The notes under the pieces are model-generated. The model was not told the DNA's origin. It saw nothing but the letters and a program-made list of their open reading frames with translations, and made no database searches. Positions 29,852 through 37,707 of a stretch of 40,565 nt of DNA are shown here, piece by piece. This DNA is from a virus (lineage: Duplodnaviria > Caudoviricetes). The stretch's first letter is position 1, and each line of letters opens with the position of its first letter. Location of the stretch: IMG/VR virus record IMGVR_UViG_3300030330_000807, positions 1-40,565 of that record; one strand, written 5' to 3'. A program made the position numbers and the translations under genes.

Positions 29852-30119
29852 CTGAAGACAATACATAATCTGAATACATATTTGGTTGATCTGTATTAGG
29901 ATTTTTTGTTGGTGAAAAACTCAGTGACGTATGTAAGTGATGCACCAATTCTTCCATCATAGCTAAGTCAGATAGTCGTAAGTCTTTACACTCTGAAGCA
30001 TACTCTACTGCATCCTTTAATTGGTTATGCAGCTTGAGAAACTTCATACGTTGCTCTTCAGTTACTAGTATATCTTTGTTGTCCAAGTTTACCTTGAATT
30101 GGTTCTTTGTATCTCTCAT
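29823..30119 (-). CDS. Hypothetical protein
   Basis: RBS AAGGAG before MRDTK at 30119; ATGA-type coupling. Confidence 0.6.
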   Translation of the reverse strand: MRDTKNQFKVNLDNKDILVTEEQRMKFLKLHNQLKDAVEYASECKDLRLSDLAMMEELVHHLHTSLSFSPTKNPNTDQPNMYSDYVLSSDETAWERAY

Positions 30120-30622
30120 AATGCTACTCCTTTCATCCAAGTAGGTTGTTGTGTGTATCTATATCGTGCAAACCTAGCCTTGTCAGCTATGTAGAAAGCA
30201 CGATACGCTTTAACAGGATAGAACTCATCAGTCTTTAGTTCATCCATCCCACTAAAACATTGTGGGTGTTTAGTCATCTTACCATCAGGTATGCTGTTGA
30301 TAGCCCACCAACTCCCCAATACTTGTGCATGTTTACTTGCACCATGTATTTTATTGTATCTTTTTGTATACTCATACAACATAAAATTATATAAAGTAAA
30401 AGCAAAAAAATAATTTGTTCTAGTTTCCATTGCCCATAATGTACATGGGTGTTTCTGATGCACAGGTTTATATAAATCATTCTCCTCTGCAAACTCAGGT
30501 GCATGATGCCACAGTGCAGTGCATAACATCTGTGCTTCTTCTAGTGGCATTTTCACTACGTGTTGGTCACACAATGATTGTGCAATTTTAATTGGTGTAT
30601 CTTCTATAATAAATCTATTCAT
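30116..30622 (-). CDS. Pyrimidine-dimer DNA glycosylase (DenV/Pyr_excise)-like protein
   Basis: MNRF......AQSLCDQHVVKM.LE.AQML, YKP.H..HPCTLWA and AYR.FY..DK motifs; RBS GGAGG. Confidence 0.7.
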   Translation of the reverse strand: MNRFIIEDTPIKIAQSLCDQHVVKMPLEEAQMLCTALWHHAPEFAEENDLYKPVHQKHPCTLWAMETRTNYFFAFTLYNFMLYEYTKRYNKIHGASKHAQVLGSWWAINSIPDGKMTKHPQCFSGMDELKTDEFYPVKAYRAFYIADKARFARYRYTQQPTWMKGVAL

Positions 30623-30926
30623 GTTCACCTCCATTTCCTCTGCCTAGACCACGTTCTTTATACCAATGGTCAAAGTAAGTTGATTTACGTTTAGCTGTTT
30701 CAAATACTGCTACTGTTATTACAATAGCAACGATAAGTATAATGTGTATGACAGTAGTCAAACCAAATACCCACATACTACCTACCCACATAGAAAATGC
30801 TATGCACCACATCCATGCTAGTAGTTGCATGACCATGTGTCTTACGTGCAGGTCCTGTATGTTACTCAGTGGATTGCGTTCATAATTCATAACGACATTC
30901 CAACAATCATATATAAATTTACTCAT
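30615..30926 (-). CDS. Hypothetical membrane protein
   Basis: NPL.NI.D..VRHMVMQLLAWMWCI.FS and two hydrophobic segments; ends RG.GGEHE. Confidence 0.65.
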   Translation of the reverse strand: MSKFIYDCWNVVMNYERNPLSNIQDLHVRHMVMQLLAWMWCIAFSMWVGSMWVFGLTTVIHIILIVAIVITVAVFETAKRKSTYFDHWYKERGLGRGNGGEHE

Positions 30927-31353
30927 AATTAATATCCCATCTGTAAAATATGTGGTCTTCAATACGTGTGATATACGTCTTGGAACTCGCCCATTCAGGT
31001 GTTACATAGTGTGCATGGTAGTGTGTTGCACCCTCTACTAGGTCATACACTTGACCATGATATACACCACTAGCTACTAACATAGCTTTCTCCCATGCAT
31101 CTAGGTCTCTAGGTGTATCACTTTTACCATCACAGTACCAACTAAATTGACATCTGTTACGAACTGGAAAGTCAGGCTTCCAACTGTAAGTTGGTCCTTG
31201 CTCCACCACCTCGCATATTGTATTAGGGTATCGCTCATCATGCACCCTATTCATCACTACTTGTGCTACTGCTATCTGTCCAATCATAGATTGGTTTTTA
31301 GCTTCGTGATATACGTTGAGTGCTAAACAAAATAATGCTTCAGCTATCATCAT
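30919..31353 (-). CDS. SleB-like cell wall hydrolase (Hydrolase_2)
   Basis: CLALNVYHEA, AVAQVVMNRV...YP.TIC.VV, CQFSWYCDG, GATHYHA and HIFY. Confidence 0.9.
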   Translation of the reverse strand: MMIAEALFCLALNVYHEAKNQSMIGQIAVAQVVMNRVHDERYPNTICEVVEQGPTYSWKPDFPVRNRCQFSWYCDGKSDTPRDLDAWEKAMLVASGVYHGQVYDLVEGATHYHAHYVTPEWASSKTYITRIEDHIFYRWDINYE

Positions 31354-31519
31354 CTTCCTCTCCTAAAAATTGTTTAAGTTTTTCGTGTGTTGAAAAGAAT
31401 GAGTATCTCTGTTGGTCTGCGTGGTCATTTAACCAACGCATGAAGTTACTCTTGCCAACGATTTGAAATGTCTCTTCTTCATCATGGTCGTATATATGAA
31501 ATGCAAAATTATGTTTCAT
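31340..31519 (-). CDS. Hypothetical protein (59 aa, not in ORF track)
   Basis: Own translation MKHNFAFHIYDHDEEETFQIVGKSNFMRWLNDHADQQRYSFFSTHEKLKQFLGEEDDDS; RBS AGGAG, TAATG coupling. Confidence 0.6.
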   Translation of the reverse strand: MKHNFAFHIYDHDEEETFQIVGKSNFMRWLNDHADQQRYSFFSTHEKLKQFLGEEDDDS

Positions 31520-31797
31520 TATCTTCTCCTTTTTATTGGTTTAAAGTTTCTTTCTTGCCAATCTTTACGTTTGATTTGCCATTCTTTGTCAGTCCAATGT
31601 GGCATAAGTTTAAAACTTGCAAGTGTTATTTTATGTATATCATTGTATACATTACCTGCTTCACGCAGCCAAACCCACTTACGTTTAAATAATACCCACG
31701 TTTTCCTGTACCCACTACGAGGTAGCCTACCACTCCAATATACTTCGTATAGTTCAGCGTCTTGCCACCTCTTTGCTTTAGGTTTAGTCCACGACAT
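31519..31797 (-). CDS. Hypothetical basic, Trp-rich protein
   Basis: Likely start MSWTKP at 31797; coupled to neighbours. Confidence 0.55.
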   Translation of the reverse strand: MSWTKPKAKRWQDAELYEVYWSGRLPRSGYRKTWVLFKRKWVWLREAGNVYNDIHKITLASFKLMPHWTDKEWQIKRKDWQERNFKPIKRRR

Positions 31798-32020
31798 TAT
31801 CATATTCCTTGATATAATCAAACTCAACGATAGCATCTGGATATTCTTCCTGTATTAAATCTAATCCATAGTTAAGGGGAGTACCCTTATACTTGTATTG
31901 TTTTAAATGCTCTCGTAGAAATCGTACTCTTGTCTTATGTACATTATTTACTGTTGCACCTACTTCATATTCATAGGGGTCATCTTTAAGTAAAGATGAA
32001 TACGTTACTTTTTTTGTCAT
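31784..32020 (-). CDS. Hypothetical protein
   Basis: 78-aa ORF coupled to the methyltransferase stop. Confidence 0.6.
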   Translation of the reverse strand: MTKKVTYSSLLKDDPYEYEVGATVNNVHKTRVRFLREHLKQYKYKGTPLNYGLDLIQEEYPDAIVEFDYIKEYDNVVD

Positions 32021-33087
32021 TATTTTATTCCTTTCATTATGTGTGAAATTACATCAACTGTCCAACCATTGCCTATCATTTTATATCGTTGGCTATTGGA
32101 CACATGATTCGTGTAGTTGTCAGGCACAGTCTGCAATCGCTCACACTCAAGAGGTGTTAGCTTTCTCCATTGCATTCCGTTCACAAGAACATTATCTTTT
32201 GTGAACGTAGTCAAACAATTTGACTTACCTGTATCACTGACTTCTAATTGCTTTGTAAATGGTAGGTCTAACTGCCCATCTTTACGGACACCATGCTCAT
32301 CTAATCTACGATTAACAATCCTACCTATAGCAACCTTTGGTTCTGTATTCCCACCACCATGAGCATTAAGTGTGGGTGATTTCCCACTAGGTGAGTATAT
32401 ACGTTTAAGTATATCATGTCCATTAATAGTATCAGCTTCGCCCACTTGTACCATAGTACGTTGCTTACGTTGGATACTATTCCACCATACTGCTCCATTG
32501 TATCGTGCAGTAATGCAATGTGACTTACCTAGTTTGTTAGTCATAGCTTCATTAGCTACACCATCTTCTTCTAGTATGTCCTGCAATACTATACCTTTAT
32601 CTGCCGTAGGCATTGTGTCAAAGGGTATGTTAGTCCAATACAATCTCTTTCTATTTTGTGCTGAAAATAAACTACTGTTTATCATCACAGGCTTAACACC
32701 AAGATATTCAGATATAATATCTTGTGACTCCTGTTTCATAGGTACATTCTCCATGAGAAAGTATTTAGGTTTTAACTCATCTTTCAACCTAACAAACTCA
32801 AAGAATAGTTTGCTACGTGGGTCATCAAAGTTTAGTTGTTTACCTGCAAAGCTGAAACCTTGACAGGGCGAACCACCCATGAGCAGGTCAATGCCACCAA
32901 AGGGTAGCCTTGTGTGGTCTACCTGTGTAACATCACCTATCTGTACTGTGTTAGGATAATTAGCCTGTGTAACTTTGATAGCATACTTATCAACTTCAGA
33001 TGCAAAGTATGCATCATACTTTATACCTGCTCTGTTAAGGGCTATCTGTCCACAGGACATACCATCAAATAAACTTAATACATTCAT
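32020..33087 (-). CDS. C5-cytosine DNA methyltransferase
   Basis: Motif I SLFDGMSCG, IV GGSPCQ, VI ENV, VIII QNRKRLYW, IX RKLTP.ECERLQ, X YKMIGNGW. Confidence 0.92.
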   Translation of the reverse strand: MNVLSLFDGMSCGQIALNRAGIKYDAYFASEVDKYAIKVTQANYPNTVQIGDVTQVDHTRLPFGGIDLLMGGSPCQGFSFAGKQLNFDDPRSKLFFEFVRLKDELKPKYFLMENVPMKQESQDIISEYLGVKPVMINSSLFSAQNRKRLYWTNIPFDTMPTADKGIVLQDILEEDGVANEAMTNKLGKSHCITARYNGAVWWNSIQRKQRTMVQVGEADTINGHDILKRIYSPSGKSPTLNAHGGGNTEPKVAIGRIVNRRLDEHGVRKDGQLDLPFTKQLEVSDTGKSNCLTTFTKDNVLVNGMQWRKLTPLECERLQTVPDNYTNHVSNSQRYKMIGNGWTVDVISHIMKGIK

Positions 33088-33092
33088 AACTG

Positions 33093-33236
33093 TTACTCCT
33101 CTGCATCTTCTAATGGTACTTCAAATTCTAATGGTACTTCAAATATTACTTCAAACGTATCTGTCAAATCCTCATAATGTGTTATTTTAACAGGACAATT
33201 ATTTAACCACTCTTGAAATTTTTCATATGCACTCAT
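33093..33236 (-). CDS. Small acidic protein (47 aa) with an in-frame 18-bp tandem duplication
   Basis: Own translation MSAYEKFQEWLNNCPVKITHYEDLTDTFEVIFEVPLEFEVPLEDAEE; RBS GGAG. Confidence 0.55.
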   Translation of the reverse strand: MSAYEKFQEWLNNCPVKITHYEDLTDTFEVIFEVPLEFEVPLEDAEE

Positions 33237-33237
33237 A

Positions 33238-33651
33238 CTATCTGTCTCCCTGTATGTTTATAAATTTTGCTCTGCCTATCTTCCCATGCCATTGTATTCT
33301 ATCCTTTAGCAAGGCAAACTTCAAGCCTTTTACATCATCACTATCACCCTTGCTATCCACACCTAGTATGAGCGACTTACCTGCATAGGTCTGTAATAAA
33401 TACTCACCCATTCTACCATTGCTTGTATCCTTGTTAAAATGATACACAGGAAGTGAATAGTAATAGTTGTACTCTTTGAGTAAACCCTCGTCATCAACAT
33501 ACAAGCCATCACCATAGCCATTAAGATTGACTACATCAAATGTAGTTGCATCAATCCATTTGTATATCTGCTTGTAGTCACCCTTAAAGTCTACCTCAGC
33601 TACGAACTCAAGTATTGGGTCTATATAATATGCTTTCAATGTATTTCTCAT
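33238..33651 (-). CDS. DUF3846-like protein
   Basis: AYYIDP, LYVDDEGLL and AG..LILG.D..G.S motifs. Confidence 0.65.
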   Translation of the reverse strand: MRNTLKAYYIDPILEFVAEVDFKGDYKQIYKWIDATTFDVVNLNGYGDGLYVDDEGLLKEYNYYYSLPVYHFNKDTSNGRMGEYLLQTYAGKSLILGVDSKGDSDDVKGLKFALLKDRIQWHGKIGRAKFINIQGDR

Positions 33652-34310
33652 TAGTCTTTCTCCTCTATGTATACACGTAAGTGTGTTGATTGTTCTATGT
33701 TCTGCCCATGAGTAGTAACTCCTGTGCCTTTGTACTCTTCCTTGACGTGTTGTCCTCTGACACGCATTCTATATGTGCCTTTGTTAAGATACTTCTTGAG
33801 TGCATCTATAAAGGCATCTCCGTACATATTTCTAGGTATTTCGCTGAACACGTAACGTGGGTGACGTAGTTCATAGTTCTCCTGTAACTTTCTCCTATTC
33901 TCTCTAACGAGAGCATCTATGGTTGATTTTTTTTGTTCTAGTTGTTCTTTCAAGTCTTTTATTCTCATTACTCTACCCCTCTCTTGGCTAGATAATTTTT
34001 CATGTACGTCTGCGAGTCTCTCCTCTAGACGTTCACATTTATCAAACAACATCTCATACACATCTTTGCGTACATAGTTCTGTGCCATGTCCTCTTTGAG
34101 ATATGCAATCTTACCCTCTTGGGTATCTCTTCGCACCTCTTCGTTCAATGTTGTTTTCATTTTTACAAATGCTCTGACAAAATGCACAAAGTCCATGTCA
34201 CCTATGGTATTATCTGTATCATATATAAATTCACATAATACTTTAATGTCAGTGGGGAGTTTACCACCATCAATTACTTCTAATAATTTTATTAGCTTTT
34301 TAACTTGCAT
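33651..34310 (-). CDS. Hypothetical coiled-coil protein
   Basis: 219 aa with a central heptad region and C-terminal Y.MRVRGQH...LRVY. Confidence 0.6.
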   Translation of the reverse strand: MQVKKLIKLLEVIDGGKLPTDIKVLCEFIYDTDNTIGDMDFVHFVRAFVKMKTTLNEEVRRDTQEGKIAYLKEDMAQNYVRKDVYEMLFDKCERLEERLADVHEKLSSQERGRVMRIKDLKEQLEQKKSTIDALVRENRRKLQENYELRHPRYVFSEIPRNMYGDAFIDALKKYLNKGTYRMRVRGQHVKEEYKGTGVTTHGQNIEQSTHLRVYIEEKD

Positions 34311-34629
34311 TTCTTAATCTCCTTTGCTCTGTTCTAATTGCGTGACAATTTGCACATACTACGTCACATTTTTTCATTTCTTTTTTAATGTTTTCTATAG
34401 AATGTCCGTCCATTCTACAAATGTTATGCTTTTTTTCTTCACCGTCTCTGTGGTCAAATTGCAAAGCAACATGACTAATATCTCCTTGCCATGCACATTT
34501 ACCTGTAAGTGTACCTGCACAACCTCTCAATTTAAACACTAGCCTTTTAACTCTTCTTCTGAACTTTTTAGTACGTTCATACCTACGTTTCTTACAGGCT
34601 TGGTTCATAGCTTTTAGTTTATACGGCAT
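34300..34629 (-). CDS. HNH endonuclease
   Basis: LQFDH....K...E..KC.VVCANCH..RT. Confidence 0.8.
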   Translation of the reverse strand: MPYKLKAMNQACKKRRYERTKKFRRRVKRLVFKLRGCAGTLTGKCAWQGDISHVALQFDHRDGEEKKHNICRMDGHSIENIKKEMKKCDVVCANCHAIRTEQRRLRNAS

Positions 34630-34638
34630 ACCTCACCC

Positions 34639-34818
34639 TTATATTGTATTTGGTTCATCATCATAGACTTCTCCGAAGTCCTGCCACTCCTGCTCCCATG
34701 ATGGTTGCCCATCATCTTCAGGTATGTCAGCACAATCTATGCACACCACACCCTCGTCAGTTTCGTGACTTACCCAATCGTTCTTGGTTACTTCGTTACA
34801 TACAACACATCTCTGCAT
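34639..34818 (-). CDS. Small Zn-ribbon acidic protein
   Basis: CVVC...CIDC followed by DDGQPSWEQEWQDFGE; RBS GGAG before ATG 34818. Confidence 0.6.
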   Translation of the reverse strand: MQRCVVCNEVTKNDWVSHETDEGVVCIDCADIPEDDGQPSWEQEWQDFGEVYDDEPNTI

Positions 34819-34820
34819 AT

Positions 34821-34955
34821 TTATCTCCATGATTTAAGTTGATTAGTTTGTTTAAGTTGACGTTGTAAACGTCTGTCGTTCTTATAACTTTTGTGTTTGT
34901 TTTTATCCTGTGACTTTCTAGTCACTCGCATCTTTCCTAAGTTTTGACTTTGCAT
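34821..34955 (-). CDS. Small basic protein (44 aa, not in ORF track)
   Basis: Own translation MQSQNLGKMRVTRKSQDKNKHKSYKNDRRLQRQLKQTNQLKSWR; AAGG upstream. Confidence 0.45.
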   Translation of the reverse strand: MQSQNLGKMRVTRKSQDKNKHKSYKNDRRLQRQLKQTNQLKSWR

Positions 34956-35061
34956 TTTTCTGCCTTTCTTTTTTCTTGTTGTACTTTTTGTCAACACCCA
35001 TAACCCTATTGCGTGTAGCTATGTGTAACATTCTTGCAATAGGATTACGGATATTTTTCAT
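34918..35061 (-). CDS. Small basic protein (47 aa) with an ArfA-like pattern
   Basis: Own translation MKNIRNPIARMLHIATRNRVMGVDKKYNKKKERQKNAKSKLRKDASD; GAAGG upstream. Confidence 0.5.
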   Translation of the reverse strand: MKNIRNPIARMLHIATRNRVMGVDKKYNKKKERQKNAKSKLRKDASD

Positions 35062-35064
35062 TGG

Positions 35065-35379
35065 TTAGGCTACCTTCTTTTGAATAAGGTTAGCCTTGAT
35101 AGGCACATAGTTGGTTTGAGTATGTCTACTCTTGCCATTCCTATCGTAGGCTTGGAAAGAGGAATACCAAGTGCCGAAGTTGAAGCGAACTAAAGGCTCA
35201 CCACTCTTGCCACCATAGCCCTTACGGACAAACCACCCACGTTCCTGCTTGGCAGGTCTGCAAATTACAGGCTTGTATCCCTGTAGCTTTAGCTTTAAAG
35301 CAGTTGAAATCATTTTGAAAGGTGTGAAACCACCTTGTACTTTCTCGCCTTTTGGCAAGTTATTAAAATTAATAAACAT
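35065..35379 (-). CDS. Hypothetical early protein
   Basis: 104 aa; RBS AAGGAG. Confidence 0.65.
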   Translation of the reverse strand: MFINFNNLPKGEKVQGGFTPFKMISTALKLKLQGYKPVICRPAKQERGWFVRKGYGGKSGEPLVRFNFGTWYSSFQAYDRNGKSRHTQTNYVPIKANLIQKKVA

Positions 35380-35404
35380 AAATGTTTACTCCTTTCTTGG
35401 TTAG

Positions 35405-35420
35405 TGTCCAATGTTGGACA
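35405..35420. promoter_or_regulatory. 16-bp palindrome, copy 1 (TGTCCAATGTTGGACA)
   Basis: TGTCCAA-TG-TTGGACA, intergenic; the 24-bp context 35400-35423 is identical to 36903-36926. Confidence 0.75.
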
Positions 35421-35425
35421 GTTGA

Positions 35426-35447
35426 GAGTAGTGTTTTCACACTACTC
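35426..35447 (-). other. 9-bp hairpin with GAAA loop on the transcribed strand
   Basis: GAGTAGTGT-GAAA-ACACTACTC overlapping a stop codon; no U-tract follows. Confidence 0.55.
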
Positions 35448-35678
35448 ATTATTAAGTTTCTTCTTTAATAACTGTATTGCAGTTATCAATAGTCTGTGAC
35501 TATTTTCTCCACTATGTCCACCATAACTTTTATTGTTATGCCATACATAGTGTGTAGTTTCGTCACCCCATCTCTCATAGTTACCTATGTAACCATCAGA
35601 GTATTCATCTCCAAGTAATTTCATTACTTCATAGAGCGCTTCTCTATTAGTCTGTGAAACAGTTGGTATATCGCTCAT
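35442..35678 (-). CDS. Hypothetical early protein
   Basis: 78 aa; RBS AAGGA. Confidence 0.6.
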   Translation of the reverse strand: MSDIPTVSQTNREALYEVMKLLGDEYSDGYIGNYERWGDETTHYVWHNNKSYGGHSGENSHRLLITAIQLLKKKLNNE

Positions 35679-35693
35679 TGTGTATCCTTTCTA

Positions 35694-35756
35694 AGTATTT
35701 ATAAAGTTATATATTACTTTTACATTATATTCAAGTAATATATAACAATAAATACT
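35694..35756 (-). repeat. Long intergenic hairpin, family member 3
   Basis: AGTATTTAT/ATAAATACT plus GTTATATATTACTT/AAGTAATATATAAC around a 13-nt loop. Confidence 0.75.
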
Positions 35757-36396
35757 AATGCTCTAAATAAGTTACGTTTTTTATGTTGGTATCCCAACAT
35801 GCTCTGCAATCTCCACACTTGTTGTCCTGCTTAGGTGCAGGGCATAAATGACCTATTGCTAGGTCATGGCTAGTGGCTACTGTGCTACTGTGTTCATGGA
35901 ACTTATGGGGAACTCCGTTCACCATTGTAGCACTAATCCTAACCACAAGATTGCTAGGAAACTCTCCAAACAAATCCTTGTACTTCTTGACAATCGTCAC
36001 CTCACGTGTAGGCAGCCAATGCCTAACATTGGGTGTACACTCTGCAATATTTACAATCCTTACTAAGTGTTGGATACTTTGTAAGTCTCCACTGTCATGC
36101 CACCTAAAGACTTTAGTCTTTGTGCAATAGTGTCGAATAAGAAATATCATAGCGTCAACCCATTTAGGGTTGTTTTCTAGCTTGTCCATTCTCTTGTCAA
36201 GTGCTTCTTGCACGTTAGGGAATATGTATCTGCCCTTGAGTGCATAGCAATTTGCACAGGTGGAGTTCAAAACTTTACGAAGTTTGCTCCCTACCTTGCA
36301 TTTAAATGCACTTAGTGAGTAGCCATAAGATGGCATTTTAGATGGCTTGGATAAGCCACCTACTTCACCCCATGCTTCTTTAACTGTGTTAAACAT
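35755..36396 (-). CDS. Gp88-like (radical-SAM-related) Cys-rich protein
   Basis: LSKPSKMP, C-x13-CANCYA.KG, FRWHDSGD, WLPTRE, NLVVRIS and CPA.....CGDCRACW. Confidence 0.75.
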   Translation of the reverse strand: MFNTVKEAWGEVGGLSKPSKMPSYGYSLSAFKCKVGSKLRKVLNSTCANCYALKGRYIFPNVQEALDKRMDKLENNPKWVDAMIFLIRHYCTKTKVFRWHDSGDLQSIQHLVRIVNIAECTPNVRHWLPTREVTIVKKYKDLFGEFPSNLVVRISATMVNGVPHKFHEHSSTVATSHDLAIGHLCPAPKQDNKCGDCRACWDTNIKNVTYLEH

Positions 36397-36398
36397 GC

Positions 36399-36599
36399 CT
36401 ACTCCTCTCCAAAGTTATCAGCCCACTCCTCAGGAGTGATACCTGTCATGACGAACTCACGTTCGTCAGGTGATAGATGTGGCATGGCAACTTGAACAAG
36501 TGTACCTTGCTCCCATGCAGTGTACTGCTCTTCCGTAATAGGAAGAGACATTGTGTTTGTGTTGCCACTTATAAGTGACTTTCTAGTAATTAACATCAT
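36399..36599 (-). CDS. Hypothetical phage protein
   Basis: Q.AMP.LS.DEREF.MTGITPEEW motif; RBS GGAG. Confidence 0.7.
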   Translation of the reverse strand: MMLITRKSLISGNTNTMSLPITEEQYTAWEQGTLVQVAMPHLSPDEREFVMTGITPEEWADNFGEE

Positions 36600-36908
36600 A
36601 TTTTAACTCCGTTAAATGTTAGTTTATATCCATCTGTGATTTAGGCTTATGCCTAATTTATCTGCTAATGTATGTACAACATGAAATCCCATGTCCATAC
36701 CACAACCTTGCACTTTAATTGCGTCACCCCATTTATTCATTTTCCAATCTAAAAGATTGGCAATTTTATAAGTTATGAATACAGGCATATCATCTCTGAT
36801 GATAAAAAACTGAATGTGTCTTGTCATGCCACTTCTTGAAACTTGTTTCAAGTTACAGTAAACAGTATCATTATCTTTTAACATATTTTAACTCCGTTAA
36901 ATGTTAGT
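36597..36908. repeat. 27-bp exact direct repeat flanking one gene
   Basis: CATATTTTAACTCCGTTAAATGTTAGT at 36597-36623 and 36882-36908; each copy is the leader, RBS and ATG of a minus-strand gene. Confidence 0.9.
36624..36884 (-). CDS. Hypothetical phage protein
   Basis: VSRSGMTRHI and GCGMDMGFHVV motifs; RBS GGAG. Confidence 0.7.
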   Translation of the reverse strand: MLKDNDTVYCNLKQVSRSGMTRHIQFFIIRDDMPVFITYKIANLLDWKMNKWGDAIKVQGCGMDMGFHVVHTLADKLGISLNHRWI

Positions 36909-36923
36909 GTCCAATGTTGGACA
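36908..36923. promoter_or_regulatory. 16-bp palindrome, copy 2
   Basis: TGTCCAATGTTGGACA, intergenic, between the long hairpin and the 27-bp repeat. Confidence 0.75.
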
Positions 36924-36928
36924 GTTTA

Positions 36929-36992
36929 AGTTACATATAAATAAATAAAACACTTTCATATACATTTCAAGTGTTTTATTTATTATGTAACT
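36929..36992 (-). repeat. Long intergenic hairpin, family member 2
   Basis: AGTTACAT/ATGTAACT, 3-nt bulge, AATAAATAAAACACTT/AAGTGTTTTATTTATT, loop TCATATACATTTC. Confidence 0.8.
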
Positions 36993-37000
36993 AATTTTCC

Positions 37001-37189
37001 TTATTTCGTCACTCCTTGACGTGCATTCTCCCAAACGCTATGTGCGTCTGTTAGCCTTTGTGAAAGTTTACGTTTCTCTCTAATAGAGAGGGCTAATTTT
37101 CCACATTGATATTCACCTACAACTTTTTGCACTTCTAAAAGTGCTAAACTTGCTTTTATCAATTTTTTGATTTGGGTATAATCTTTCAT
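37001..37189 (-). CDS. Hypothetical early protein
   Basis: 62 aa; RBS AAGGAG. Confidence 0.6.
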   Translation of the reverse strand: MKDYTQIKKLIKASLALLEVQKVVGEYQCGKLALSIREKRKLSQRLTDAHSVWENARQGVTK

Positions 37190-37201
37190 AAATTTTACTC
37201 C

Positions 37202-37399
37202 TTATCGTTTTCTAAAAACGATTGTTCCAACAATCATCATTCCCCAAAGAATGAAGATTGAACCAATGCCACACACAAGTACATCATATGTTTGCATTTC
37301 TGCAAACATAGTTGTGTCTGCAAACGAAATAGTCCAAAAACCAACAGTAATGTTGAGGAAAGCATATAAAAATGCTACATAAATTGCTATAATATTCAT
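37202..37399 (-). CDS. Small two-transmembrane early protein
   Basis: Two hydrophobic segments and a basic C-terminus FRKR; RBS GGAG. Confidence 0.6.
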   Translation of the reverse strand: MNIIAIYVAFLYAFLNITVGFWTISFADTTMFAEMQTYDVLVCGIGSIFILWGMMIVGTIVFRKR

Positions 37400-37686
37400 T
37401 ATAAATTCTCCAATAAATTATCAAGAATGTTAATACATTCTTCTTTTTCAGTTGGTTGTGTAAACAACCCTTTGCTCCCATGACTATACACAGCCATTGA
37501 CTTCATGTCAATGTTCATGCTCTCCTTCTCATATTCCGTAGGAAAGCTAGAACTTACAGTTCTAACGTAGTCAAAGCTGTAGTTACGATTGCCCTTCTTG
37601 GAACAAGAAGTCTTACCCCATCTACGATTGTAGAACAATCGAGGGTCAGGTGGACACTTGGTTACAGGTACTGTAGTCATATGCAA
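37399..37686 (-). CDS. Hypothetical early protein
   Basis: RBS AAGGAG; start near 37680-37686; coupled to the downstream gene. Confidence 0.55.
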   Translation of the reverse strand: MHMTTVPVTKCPPDPRLFYNRRWGKTSCSKKGNRNYSFDYVRTVSSSFPTEYEKESMNIDMKSMAVYSHGSKGLFTQPTEKEECINILDNLLENL

Positions 37687-37707
37687 TTCTCCTTTGGAGA
37701 GTGTAGC

